NCBI RefSeq assembly: GCF_006345805.1
Contig: NC_043010.1
Coordinates: 38,688,001 to 38,752,000, forward strand
Direction of reading: 5' to 3'
Source: Octopus sinensis
Taxonomy: Eukaryota
Length of the DNA: 64,000 nt
Position 1 is the stretch's first letter; every line of letters begins with the position of its first letter. Position numbers and translations under genes: made by a program. The notes below the pieces were generated by a model. It was given only the letters and a program-made list of their open reading frames with translations, searched no databases and was not told where the DNA came from. Shown here piece after piece: positions 1 to 12,559 of this stretch.

Positions 1-45
1 CAGCATTTCGTCCGGCGCGCTAACGTTTCTGCCAGCTCGCCGCCT
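1..45 (-). mobile_element. SINE family A, 5' tRNA-derived head (cut by window edge)
   Basis: Reverse complement reads AGGCGGCGAGCTGGCAGAAACGTTAGC.., the same head as at 5278, 51430 and 63934. Confidence 0.8.
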
Positions 46-477
46 GTAAGGGTAATACCGTTAGAAGGAGAATCTAAGAAGGCAAAGGAGGAGGATGGAA
101 TTCGGTTACTGAATACATTAAGAGAAGTGAAGAAAAGTTAAGAACAAGACAAGAAAAAATGAAATGTTTTAAAGAATTTAAAAAAAACCCAAAGAAACTC
201 TCAAATATCGCTTAAAGAAAATAGTTGAAAGAAAAAAAATGAAAAGCATATTAAACTTAAAACAAACCGTCGAGGAAAATGTTTTTAGAACAACTCATGA
301 AGTTTCAAATGTTCTCAAAGAATCTCAAATTATTCAAACGTTTTAGAGTTGCAAAGCTCTGAAACGTCTTCTACTAACGGTGTAACTCTGTTGTCTTACT
401 ATACTATGCCATACCCATGTTGTCTGAGATACATAAGCATATTAAAGTGTATATGTATACATGTCTGAAGTTCAGAT

Positions 478-645
478 CCTATACATACATACATACATAC
501 ATACATACATACATACATACATACATACATACATAGTACATACATACATAAATGCATACATACATATATGCATACACATACATCAATACATGCATTCAAA
601 TATACATACATGAATACAAACATATACGTATGCATACATACATGT
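478..645. repeat. (TACA)n microsatellite
   Basis: Direct reading. Confidence 0.95.
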
Positions 646-659
646 GAATATCTTTACCC

Positions 660-1050
660 TTTCACTATTTTACTTGTTTCAGTCATTTGACTGTGGCCAT
701 GCTGGAGCACCGCCTTAAGAAGAAGAAATTGACCGCAGGACTTATGCTTTGGAAGCCTAGTACTTATTCTATCGGTTCTCTTTTGCCGAACCCTAAACAC
801 ATCACCATCGGTTGTTATACGATGTTGGGGGGGGGGGGGAACAAACACAGACACACAAACATACACATACATACATTTATATATACATATATACGACGGG
901 CTTCTTTCAGTTTGCGTCTACCAAATCCACTCACAAAGCTTTGGTTGGCCCAAGGCTATTGTAGAAGACACTCGCCCAAGGTGCTACGCAGTAGGAATGA
1001 AGACGGACCCATGTGGTTGGTAAGCAAGCTATTTATCACACAGTCACTCC
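660..1050 (-). mobile_element. SINE family B (tRNA head, CORE-like segment, internal CA/TA microsatellite, LINE-like 3' tail)
   Basis: Matches copies at 6815, 11472, 22380, 46715 and 57344. The tail on the minus strand reads GGCGGTGCTCCAGCATGGCCACAGTCAAATGACTGAAAC. Confidence 0.85.
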
Positions 1051-1456
1051 GAACTATTTTCAACTGGTCTGAAAGCTCTAGTTCCTATCTCCAGAATAGG
1101 AATTCACATTTATACCAATAATAAGCAGTGCCCTTGGTCTTGTTAGTAACAACCAGAATGGCAATCAGGAAAGCGGAAATTTTCAGAAAAGAAAAAATCA
1201 ACCGGCTAACACGCACATCACAAAAACAAACTTTAACCGGGATATTACGAATATGCAAAAGTCTTCCTGAAGTTTAAAATGTGAAACTGCATTCCAACGT
1301 TGTTAGAAACCTGCTCCTTCCTCAGATAAAGAATTTAAATAACGTAAAACAGAAGGGAATATACATGATTTCCTATATTTGAATACGTACGTACAAAGAC
1401 ACCCAGACATGTACAAGCAAGTATGTATGTATGTGGATATATATATATATATGCAT

Positions 1457-1581
1457 ATAATAATAATAATACTAATAATATTAATAATAATATTAATAAT
1501 AATATTAATAATAATATTAATAATAATATTAATAATAATATTAATAATAATAATAATAATACTAATAATATTAATAATAAT

Positions 1582-1650
<69 letters not shown>
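1457..1650. repeat. (AAT)n microsatellite
   Basis: Direct reading. Confidence 0.95.
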
Positions 1651-1651
<1 letters not shown>

Positions 1652-1654
1652 GAA

Positions 1655-1959
1655 GGAAAATACACACGGCTTATATAGTTTTAATATATTATAAATTCAA
1701 AAGTATTGTGGTTGTCGACCGGTTTCGATTTCGTTAATCATGACATTGAAATTATTGTGATTTCGTATTTTCTTAAGTAGATTTTTGTCCATCTTCTAGT
1801 ATGAAAGTTTCATACAAGAACATGGACTAAAATCTTTTTAAGATAATACGAAATCACGATAATTTCAATGTCATGATTAGCGAAATGGAAACCGGCTGAC
1901 AACCACAATACTTTTGTATATAAAATATATTAAAACTATATAAGCCATGTGCATTTTCC
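1655..1959. repeat. ~305 bp imperfect palindrome centred at 1807
   Basis: GGAAAATACACACGGCTTATATAGTTTTA at the left end pairs with TAAAACTATATAAGCCATGTGCATTTTCC at the right end. Pairing continues inward to TATGAAA-G-TTTCATA. Confidence 0.9.
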
Positions 1960-2123
1960 CTTTTTTATTTATGTATATTTTTGCAACTACAGCTCACTAC
2001 GTGGGGATAATCAAAATTCTCTTCCTCTCATAAACATATATATATGTGTGTGTATGTGTATGAATGTGTTTGTATACGTGCGTGTGTGGATGCGTGTGCA
2101 TGTGTATATTTTGTGTGTGTGTA

Positions 2124-2154
<31 letters not shown>

Positions 2155-2429
2155 ACTGGAAATTTTCCATGTGACACTTTGTTTCCAATCTTACAGTAAA
2201 TCTGCGCAGATGTAGTTTTCCATGCTGGTAGCAAAAGTTTCGATTATTTTCTGGAGAAATTTTTGCAATTTTAAATATTGAATAATGATTTCAATTTAAG
2301 CCAATGACATTTATCCAAACTTGGCACGCCCAAGGGGCGTTATCAATAGTGACAGTGTTTTAGTTTCTCGTCGTTCGTCCAATGAAGCGCAACGTTGCAG
2401 CAATCATATATTTATTTCAGAAATTGGTT

Positions 2430-2710
2430 CGGATCTCCGTCGGTTGTTACGATGCGTGTTCCATTTTTTTCGATCGACGCAACAGACTGCCCGTGAAATT
2501 AACCTGCAAAATAACTGAGTTCTCTACAGACGCGTTAACATAGTGATTCATGGTGATTCAATGTGACACAGAATGAGTGAAGATTGGCTCTTTTGAATTA
2601 CAAGTATTACTCATTTATGCTAGCTGAGTGGGGAAAAAGCATCGCGGAGGTCGAACTGGCGACGTTACGGCCATGGGCCGAATACCCTAAAACCTTTACC
2701 ACGCACCTTT
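2430..2710 (-). mobile_element. Degenerate SINE family C copy
   Basis: Contains CGTGAAATTAAC and GTGACACAGA segments that match 40204-40595. Confidence 0.6.
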
Positions 2711-2866
2711 ACAATTTATAGAAATTAGTAATAATAATAATAACAACCACAAAAACAACAACAACGATGATGATAACAATAATAATAATAGTAATAATAA
2801 TAACTATAATAATAATAGTAATAATAATAATGATAATAATAATAAAACAACAACAACAACAACAAC

Positions 2867-2907
<41 letters not shown>

Positions 2908-2984
2908 TAATAATAATAATAATACTAATAGATGGAATGCGAGAGGGTAATGTATAAGTGATACCAGTGGCGATCGGAGCGTTG

Positions 2985-3665
2985 GGGAAAAGTCGGCCTC
3001 GGCGGAATGTGAACTCAGAATGTAGCGGCAGACGAAATACCTATTTCTTTACTACCCACAAGGGGCTAAACACAGAGAGGTCAAACAAGGACAGACAAAC
3101 GGATTAAGTCGATTATATCGACCTCAGTGTGCAACTGGTACTTATTTAATCGACCCCGAAAGGATGAAAGGCAAAGTCGACCTCGGCGGAAATTGAACTC
3201 AGAACGTTACGGCTACGTATTTCGCCCGGCGTGCTAACGATTCTGCCAGCTCACCGCCTTAAAATACAGAGGTATTTCGTCTGTCTTTACGTTCTGAGTT
3301 CAAATTCCGCCGACGTCGACTTTGCCTTTCATCATTTCGGGGTCGATAAACTAAGTACCAGTTGAGTACTGGAGTCGATCTAATCGACCGGTCCCCTCCC
3401 CGAAAATTTCGGGCCTTGTGCCTGGAAAAGAATATGTGTACTGCTTCGGCGGTGATTTGGCAGAAACATTAGCACGCCGAGGCAAATGCTTAGCGACACT
3501 TCGGCTCTGTTGACGTTCTGACTTTAAATTCCGCCGAGGTTGACTTTGCCTTTCATCCTTTCGGAGTCGATTGAATAAAGTACCAGTTGTGTACTGGTGT
3601 CGATATAATCGACTGGCCCCTGCCCCAAAATTTCGGGCCTTGTGCCTAGAGTAGAAAAGAATATG
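2985..3665. mobile_element. Cluster of SINE A copies (minus 2985-3260, plus 3270-3430 and 3448-3662)
   Basis: Repeated GTCGACTTTGCCTTTCATCCTTTCGGGGTCGATAAA..AAGTACCAG core, resembling the Meta/MESC SINE domain, in both orientations. Confidence 0.85.
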
Positions 3666-5277
3666 TATACTGCTTCATGAAAATGTTTTAGGTGCATCTG
3701 GGTGTGAATAGACACCAATATTTAAAATCTCTATTCTAGGGCCGAGAAAATGAAGTACCAGTCATGCACTGTGGTGGATTTAATCAACTAATCCGTCCCC
3801 AACAAATTTTTGACCTTGTGCCTATGTAAGGAACTATTACCAATATAGGCGTTCCAGTTCTTTGCGTCCTGAATTCAAATTCTGTTGTAGCCATCGTTGC
3901 CCTTGATCCTTCCAGTGGTGGAGAATAAAATGAAGTACTAGTCTAGTATTTGGATCGATTTAATCGACTAAGTCATCCGCATTTGTTTGTCACCATGAGC
4001 TTATATTTAAAGTCTTTCTTACTAAGCTCTTGTTTTCTGCTTATGTAAGAATATATTCTTAAATAATATCCGAAAGAATTTACCATTGCATTCAATCTTT
4101 TGAAGAACAAAAGAAAACAAGAAATGAATTTTTTTTTTAGGTTGTCCTTTGTATATAATCCTTGGTTAAAAATATCTGAATCTCCAAGCTTCGTTAATTT
4201 TTGAAACACGAGAATGGACAGGCAAGTTAATCAATTCATCAAATAAATGGAAGAAAAGATAGTGACACCTAAATTTGGTAATGCCTGAATATATTTGGAC
4301 AGAGCGGTGGTGAAGGAATGTTGGTTGTAGTATGCATAATTATTAAAGCCGAAATATTTCAAAAAAATTCCGTTTGCATTTTTCTTTTTAGCACGCAGTG
4401 TAGCGCTTCAGACGGGAACGAAAGAATCATCAGAAATTTTGCATCATGCTTCCGTAGACCGATTCAGAAAACGACCAAAGGCAGTTGGGACTGTTACATT
4501 ATTATCGAAATAAATATTTCAATGGAAAAAATAAACAAACAACAATAACAAAACACAAGGTAATTACAATCAATAATATTAAGGGGTGAAAATTAACTCG
4601 GCTCATCTGCAAATAACCAAGACAAATGTCCATTAGCTTCCTTAACATTCAGGCTATTATTATTAAAATTACATTCGCATTCAAAGACAATTTTATTTAT
4701 TTATTTTAGTGTTACTGTATTTTAGTTTTTTGTTTGTTTCTTGTAAATTTTAAGAAATGTTTTCTTTTTCCACGCAAGAATATTATATTTCTTTTCATTT
4801 TCTTTCGTGTATTTTCATTTATATTTCATTGGAATCATTCTTGCAATTTGTATCAAATTTCAATCCAATATTTAAAACTCATCGTTTGATTACTATTTAG
4901 AAGATTGCATTCGCTAAAGACATCCGCCATTAAAATAAAAAAATACTACGTGTGATTGCTTTGCAGTATGTTCTCAGGTTGATAAACTATAAGGTATAAA
5001 AAAAACCCTCTCCTTTCCGTTGTTCTCATGCTATTATATTTGCTCTTTTTTTAAACATTATGCAGTACTCCAGCGTGGGCACAATTTAGTGACAAAATCT
5101 AGTAAATGAATAAAGGTATCAATACTCTCATTCTATCATTTTCAGTGGAGTTTTATATATTTATAGCAACATATTCCTTTCCCCCTCTTTCTCTTATTCC
5201 CCCCTCTTTCATTCATTCTTTCTCATTTTCTTTCCCCTCCCGTTCTATCTTTCATATTTTATTATATAGTAAACCCA

Positions 5278-5888
5278 AGGCGGCGAGCTGGCAGAAACGT
5301 TAGCACGCCGGGCGAAATGCATAGCCGTATTTCGTCTGCCGTTACGTTCTGAGTTCAAATTCCGCCGAGGACGACTTTGCCTTTCATCCTTTCGGGGTCG
5401 ATTAAATAAGTACCAGTTACGCACTGGGATCGATATAATCGACTTAATCCGTTTGTCTGTCCTTGTTTGTCCCCTCTGTGTTTAGCCCCTTGTGGGTAAT
5501 AAAGAAATAGAACAAGGTATTTCATTTGTCTTTACGTTGTGAGTTCAAATTCTGCCGAGGTCGACTTTGCCTTTAATCCTTTCGGGGTCGATAAATTAAG
5601 TACCAGTTGCATACTGGGGTCAATCCCATCGACTGACCCCTCCCCAAAATTTTGGGCCTTGGCCTAGAGTAGAAAATATACAGTAATCCCAAGGCGACGA
5701 GCTGGCAGAATCGTTAGGACACCGGGCGAAATGCTTAGCCGTATTTCGTCTGTCTTTACATTCTGAGTTCAAATTGCACCGAGGTCTTCTTTGCCTTTCA
5801 TCCTTTGGGCGTCGATAAAATAAGTACCAGTTGCGTACTGGGTCGATCTAATCGACTGGGCCTCTCCCCAAAACTTTCGGGCCTTGAC
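5278..5888 (+). mobile_element. SINE A multimer (head + long unit + short unit) followed by another monomer
   Basis: A-box-like TGGCAGAAACG, B-box-like GAGTTCAAATTCC and three Meta-like cores. Confidence 0.85.
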
Positions 5889-6521
5889 CTCTTCATCGTC
5901 ATCACCATCATCATCATCATCATCGTCATCGTCGTCCTCATCTCATCATCGCCAGCCTCCTCTCCTGCTTCTCCTCCTCCTCGTTATCCTCACCCCATCA
6001 TCATCGTCATCGTCATCATCATCCTCACTCCATTATTAATTATCATCATCATCAACGTCATCGTTATCCTCACCTGATCATCATCGCCAACCCCCTCCTC
6101 CTCCTCCTCATCATCATCATCATCGCCATCATCATCCAACCACATTGCACTTTATCTTTGTCACTATAATCTACATCAACTTCGTTCACCAAGATTCTCA
6201 CTGTTCATCTACATCCACCGCTTCACAACTTCCTCTTCTTCAACCTCTTCCTCCTACTCCTCCTCATCTCCTCATCTCTCAGCCTCCCAGCTTCCCTCAT
6301 TAATCAACTAACAATGACAGCATTAAGAAATAAACGTGAGTCGGGATTCTAAATCCAGACCAGTCGAGTTTGGTTCTCTTTGAATCTATCTACTTGCGCA
6401 ATTTCCGGAGTAAAAGTGAAGTCGTTCCATCCTCCTCCTACTCCTCCGGCTCCTTCTCCTGCCCCACCTCCTCCTCATCATCATAATCAAGAATGAGAAC
6501 CAAGGTTCGAAATTTCTCCAA

Positions 6522-6567
6522 GACACCTGACGAAGTTTGGAGGGTATATCAGCCGAAACATGTTAAC
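6522..6567 (+). ncRNA. Degenerate minimal hammerhead-like motif
   Basis: CTGACGA-agtttg..cagcc-GAAAC-atgtt. The core is intact but stems I and II are damaged. Confidence 0.45.
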
Positions 6568-6814
6568 AACAAAGATGAGGACAAATAGCTGACAAATGTA
6601 AATAATGTAAATAATGGACACATTACGTATACTTTAGAAAATCGAAGGATCACTGATCGAATTTTGAGCATACAGCTACTCAGCCATTGTTGACTACATA
6701 ACAAGAACGACAATAACAACAACAACAACATTATCCAGGCTTTCAATCCCCTGCTACCTCATTCGTTAAAAACGTGAAGGAAAATACTTTGCCTCAGACA
6801 AAACATATGATGTC

Positions 6815-7196
6815 TATACTCTTTACTCTTTTATTTGTTTCAGTCATTTGACTGCGGCCATGCTGGAGCACGGCCTTTAGTCGAGCAAATCGACTTCAGG
6901 ACTTATTCTTTGTAAGCCTAGTACTTATTCTACCGGTCTCTTTTGCCGGGGACGTAAACACACCAGCATCGGTTGTCAAGCGATGTTGGGGGGACAAACA
7001 CAGACACACAAACATATACACACACATACATATATATATACGACGGGTTTCTTTCAGTTTCCGACTACCAAATCTACTCACAATGCTTTGGTCAGCTCGA
7101 GGCTATAGTAGAAGACACTTGCCCAAGGTGCTACGCAATGGAACTGAATCCAGAACCATGTGCTTGGTAAGCAAGCTACGTACCACACAGCCACGC
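6815..7196 (-). mobile_element. SINE family B
   Basis: Near full-length match to the other B copies. Confidence 0.85.
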
Positions 7197-7679
7197 TGAG
7201 AAAATATGTTTAAAACACAGTCATGGTTATGTTCTCACCCGACCAGAAATGTTGTGGTAATGGTAAAGACAAGAAGTTAGATTCGTAGAAGTTGACCCAG
7301 TCTGTTGCTCAGCGCAATCAAATTTGAATTTGTTGAAGTCACCATAAGCATTATTTCATAGGAATTGAAACCATAGAAATATGAGGAGAGAAAAATGAAT
7401 AATTTGTTTATGAATTTGTACGTGCTCGTGTGGTTTGTGGGTAGATAAGTGGACGAGATGGAGAGAAAGAGAGAGAAAGGGGGAGAAGAGAAACAAACTG
7501 ATACAAAAAGGGAAAGTGTGAGACGAGGATAACGAATGGGAAGTAGAGATAGAGAAAAAGAGAGAAAGAGAGAGTTAGTTGGCCAAAGAGAGAAAGTTGA
7601 CAATATGTGTCCTGTAACGTTTTGCTGGAAAAACAAATATACAAATAGACATATCATGATAATTAAACATAACTCTGTA

Positions 7680-8933
7680 TCGTATGTATGTATGTATGTA
7701 TCTTTATGTATGTATGCATGTATGCATGTATGCATGTATGTATGTATGTATGTATGTATGTATGTATGTATGTATGTATGTATGTATGTATGAATGAATG
7801 TGTGTATGTATGTATGTATGTATGTATGCATGTATGTATGTATGCATGTATGTATGTATGTATCTATGTATGTATGTATGTATGCATGTATGCATGTATG
7901 AATATATGTAGTAGTAATGTTTGTATGTATGTATGTCGTAGTAATGTATGTATGTATGTATGAATGAATGTGTGTATGTATGTATGCATGTATGTATGTA
8001 TGTATGCATGCATATATGTATGCATATATGTATGTATGTATGAATGTATGTATGTATGTATGCATGTATGTATGTATTTATGCATATATGTATGTATGTA
8101 TGAATGTATGTATGTATGTATGCATGTATATATGTATTTATGCATATATGTATGCATGTGTGTATGTATGTATGTATGTATGTAGTAGTAAGGTTTGTAT
8201 ATATTTATACCTTAGTAGAAGGCAAATATACATACATGCCTATACATGTGTATGGCCGTGTATGTATGTGCGTGAATATGTGTGCGCACATTACATGTAT
8301 ATATATTTTCAATGCATATAAATACAAATGTACTATACACACAACGGCACACGCACGCGCGTACAAACGCACACACATACACTCACTAATACACACACAC
8401 TCACTAATACACACACATACGTACATACATATATGTATATACACATGTTCGTCAATTTTTCAAACGTATGTATGAAAGATATTTATATAAATACACTCAC
8501 ATGCATATGAATACAAGCGCACACAGACACACACTCACAAATACGCATACATACACACATACATAAATACCTACCTACATACATACATGCATACCTACAT
8601 ACATACATACATACATACATGCATACCTACATACATACATACATGCATGCATACATACATACATATGTATATACACATGTTCCTCATTTTTTTTAAACGT
8701 ATGAAAGGTATACGTGTGTGTGTATTTATATAAAATATAAACACACACACACAAACATACAAATACAGACGTACACAAACACACACACACCAGACACACA
8801 CATACACACAAGCACACACAGGCACATACAAACATTTATATATATATATATAAAAGGATACGCTTGTTCCTCTGTGTGTGTGTATATATATATTCACACA
8901 TTGACCAAGATCATAATGACGGTAATAATAATA

Positions 8934-8996
<63 letters not shown>

Positions 8997-9154
8997 GTGT
9001 TGGTGGTGGTGGTGTTGTTTAATGTGTATATGTTTTTGTGTGTATTTTGCCGACTGTTACTAGTGTTGATTTTGTTTGATAATGTTCTCATTCATTGCTT
9101 AAGCAAGCAAATTCAGTGCTAAGCAAACAAACCACAGATCATCATCAACTTTCC

Positions 9155-9213
<59 letters not shown>

Positions 9214-9215
9214 AC

Positions 9216-9307
<92 letters not shown>

Positions 9308-9312
9308 GACAC

Positions 9313-9348
<36 letters not shown>

Positions 9349-9470
9349 ATACACACATACATGATAAATATCTATTTTATTATTATTGTTGTTATTATTA
9401 TTATATTATTATTATTATTATTATAGTAGTAGTAGTAGTAGTAGCAGTAGTAGTAGTAGTTGTAGTATTA
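7680..9470. repeat. Compound microsatellite block: (TATG)n, (CATA)n, (GAT)n, (TA)n, (TTA)n
   Basis: Direct reading. Confidence 0.95.
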
Positions 9471-9646
9471 TTGCTGTTGTTGTTACTGATATCTCAACAC
9501 AGCATGGCTTTCGGTGAGAAACAAGATGGAGGTGTGAATCAAGTCGAACCGTATTGACACAACGTTTTATACTTGAGTGGCCTCCACTTCAGTTTTGGGC
9601 AAAATTGGATGGTTTTATATACGTATATGTGCTCACACACACACAA

Positions 9647-9692
<46 letters not shown>

Positions 9693-10269
9693 ACACACAC
9701 ACCTGTGTATCTATATCAATGTCTGCATATCTATGTATTATATAAATTATATACACATACATATGTTCACATTAAATGTATGCGTTTATGTATGCATGTG
9801 TGCATGAGCACATACACATACACTCAAACGCATATATATATATATATATATATATACATATGTATATATTCATTTGCATACATATATGCATATATGCATG
9901 AATGTGTGTATATATATTTATATACATATATATAGAGACATACGTTCGGAGACACGCATGTACACACATATAAACGGTTACATGTAGGCATATACGTGTG
10001 CGTATATGTGTGTGTGTGTGTGTGTGTGTGAGTGTGTGTGTGTGTCTGTATTTACTCGTGTGTCTCTCGGCCTATCAATGCAACTTTGTCTCCAAAATCT
10101 ATAGCTTTATTTGCAGGATTCTGTTATCTTCTATAATGTAAATCTCTTTCATCACGGTATCTCACCTACATTTGTTTCTAGTTATCATTTTGTTCCGCCC
10201 AAATTCTATTATCTCTCATATTCTCTCATTTCTCAGTTGCTTTCTGTTATGCGAGGTTTTTTTTTTATT

Positions 10270-10575
10270 CCATTCGGTTCTGGTCTGCAGTCAGTAGTTT
10301 TTTTGAATAATCAAGCTTGGAGAGCATTTCTTCCCGTCCTCTTGGTTCCACATGGCAGCGACATCATTTCTATTAGCTCAGAAGATGGTTACAACTAGAT
10401 GCATTCCGATTTTCATTATTTATCTGTAGCTTCTTTCACCCTTGTTTATCTTACTCCACAGTAATCACACAATGAAGTGGTGCCAGATCGAGCGTCTCCA
10501 TCAGAATATTTCATTTTATGCTCTGCGCTTTCAGTTCAAATATCGAAAGGACTCTCTTGGCTTCATGACAGCCGC
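10270..10575 (-). pseudogene. Possible highly decayed RTE-clade LINE C-terminal fragment
   Basis: Minus-strand pieces FELKAQ and CHVEPRGR resemble RTE C-terminal motifs. Many disruptions. Confidence 0.3.
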
Positions 10576-10769
10576 CTAACATTATTTTACGAAGATATTT
10601 GAGCAACCAGAGTGCAAGAAATAGCTTCAACAGACGAGAAAAACAAAAATACAATAAGGTTCTTAAACGGAACAGCAATGTCGAATTCAAAGTCTGTCTC
10701 GATTATGTCACATTTCTAAGCGTGATATTGCTCCTTCATTCAAAATATATTGTCTTCTTTTATACTATA

Positions 10770-11065
10770 GTTTGTATATAGTAATAGCATATATGATAAT
10801 AGTATGTATATAATTAATAGTATATATAATAATAGTGTATATAATAATATAGATAACAACGGTATATATAATATTAGTATATATAACAACGATATATATA
10901 ATACTATATATAACAACGGTATATATAAGCATATACAACGGTATATATAATAATAGATATACCAATGGTATATATCAATATACAATGGTGTGATACTATA
11001 TATAAAAACGGTATACATAATGTTAGTATATCTAACAATAGTACATATAATAATATACAACGGTA
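10770..11065. repeat. Degenerate minisatellite built on ATAACAACGGTATATATAAT
   Basis: The ACAACGGTAT-like core recurs several times in TA-rich context. Confidence 0.75.
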
Positions 11066-11272
11066 TAATCCTTTTTTCTAAAGGCACAAGGCGGCGGGTG
11101 AGACTTGTCGATTACATCGACCCCAGTGCATAACTGGTACTTAGTTTATCGACCCGGACAGGACGACAAGCAAAGTCGACCTCAGCGGAATTTGAGCTCA
11201 CAACGTAAAGACGGATGAAATGCCACTAAGCATTCCATCCGGCGTGTTAACCATTCTGCTAGCCCTTCACCT
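11065..11272 (-). mobile_element. SINE family A, diverged
   Basis: Reverse-oriented core AACTGGTACTTA..ATCGACCC..AAAGTCGACCTC. Confidence 0.8.
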
Positions 11273-11299
11273 TAATCGTATATGTTATAATAGCATAGA

Positions 11300-11460
11300 A
11301 TAGGCGTAGGCATGGCTGTGTGGCCAACGTGGTTGCTTCGTAACAACATGGTCTTGGGTTTTGTGCCATTTTGCGGCATCTTGGGAAAAGGTGTTCTATT
11401 ATAACCCCAGGCCGGCCAATGCCTTGCGAACAATGAATTTGGTTGATGCAAACTGTTAGC
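11300..11460 (+). mobile_element. SINE B 5' half
   Basis: GGCATGGCTGTGTGG..GGCATCTTGGGAAAAG..CCAATGCCTTG matches the B head. Confidence 0.65.
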
Positions 11461-11471
11461 GTCTACCATAT

Positions 11472-11707
11472 TTCTTTTATTTGTTTCAGTCAATTGACTG
11501 CGACCATGCTGTAGCACCGTCATTAGTCGAACAAATCGATCCCAGGACTTATTCTTTGTAAGCCTAGTACTTATTCTATCAGACTCTTTAGCCGAACCGC
11601 TAAGTTACAACCGTAACTTAGCGGTTGTTAAGCGATGGTGGGGACAAACACAGACACACAAACATACACACAAACATACACACAGCCCCATATATATATA
11701 TCTATAT

Positions 11708-11739
<32 letters not shown>

Positions 11740-12260
11740 TTAAAAAAGGAGATGTGGAACACGAGTTGTGATATATAAAAAAAGGAAATGAAGAAAATGC
11801 TGACAAAATAATTTAAGTAAGGGAGAGTGTATTTAATTAGGTGAAAGTTCTTTTTACCGGTTGCGCATTTGTTATGCTTATCAAAAGATATTTTTTTAAG
11901 AGTTCCTTTCTGATAGATTTTTTTCTCTTGAGAAAAAAATCTATCAGAAAGGAACTCTTTCTCTCTTAAAAAAATATCTTTTGAAAAGCATAACAAATGC
12001 GCAACCGTAAAAAGAACTTTCACCTAATTAAATACACTCTCCCTTACTTAAATTATTTTGTCAGCATCTTCTTCATTCCTTTATATATATATATATTATA
12101 TATATATATATATATATACACGACGGGCTTCTTTCAGTTTCCGTCTACCAAATCTATCCACAAGGCTTTCGTCGGCCCGAGGCTATAGTAGAAGACACTG
12201 GCCCAAGGTACCACGCCGTGGGACTTAATCCGGAACCATGTGGCTGGTAAGCAAGCTACA
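11472..12260 (-). mobile_element. SINE B interrupted in its internal (TA)n by a palindromic insertion
   Basis: 3' half at 11472-11700 and 5' half at 12120-12260 flank the palindrome at 11781-12082. Confidence 0.8.
11781..12082. repeat. ~300 bp palindrome centred at 11928-11929
   Basis: GCTGACAAAATAATTTAAGTAAGGGAGAGTGTATTTAATTAGGTGAAAGTTC pairs with its exact reverse complement near 12014-12065. The centre reads TTTTCTC-TT-GAGAAAA. Confidence 0.93.
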
Positions 12261-12559
12261 TTCTACATATATATGTGTGTTGTGTGTGTGTGTGTGTGCA
12301 TGTATACCCAAAGATTGACTGAATTAGAGCCTTTTGGAGGAATGAGTATTGATGGTGATTTGTTCGTGTAAACCCTCAAAGGTGGTCGTGGTGGTAGTGG
12401 TGAAGGAGAGCCCAATGTGCTGCAGTTTATTGACTGAAACAAGTAAAGGAATTTGAAGACTATGCTGGGAGAAAAATCGGAAAAATACTACCATATTTTT
12501 TTCTTTTTTAACAATACGATCGCATTTCAAAACTAGAAATATTGCTGAAACATTCCTGT

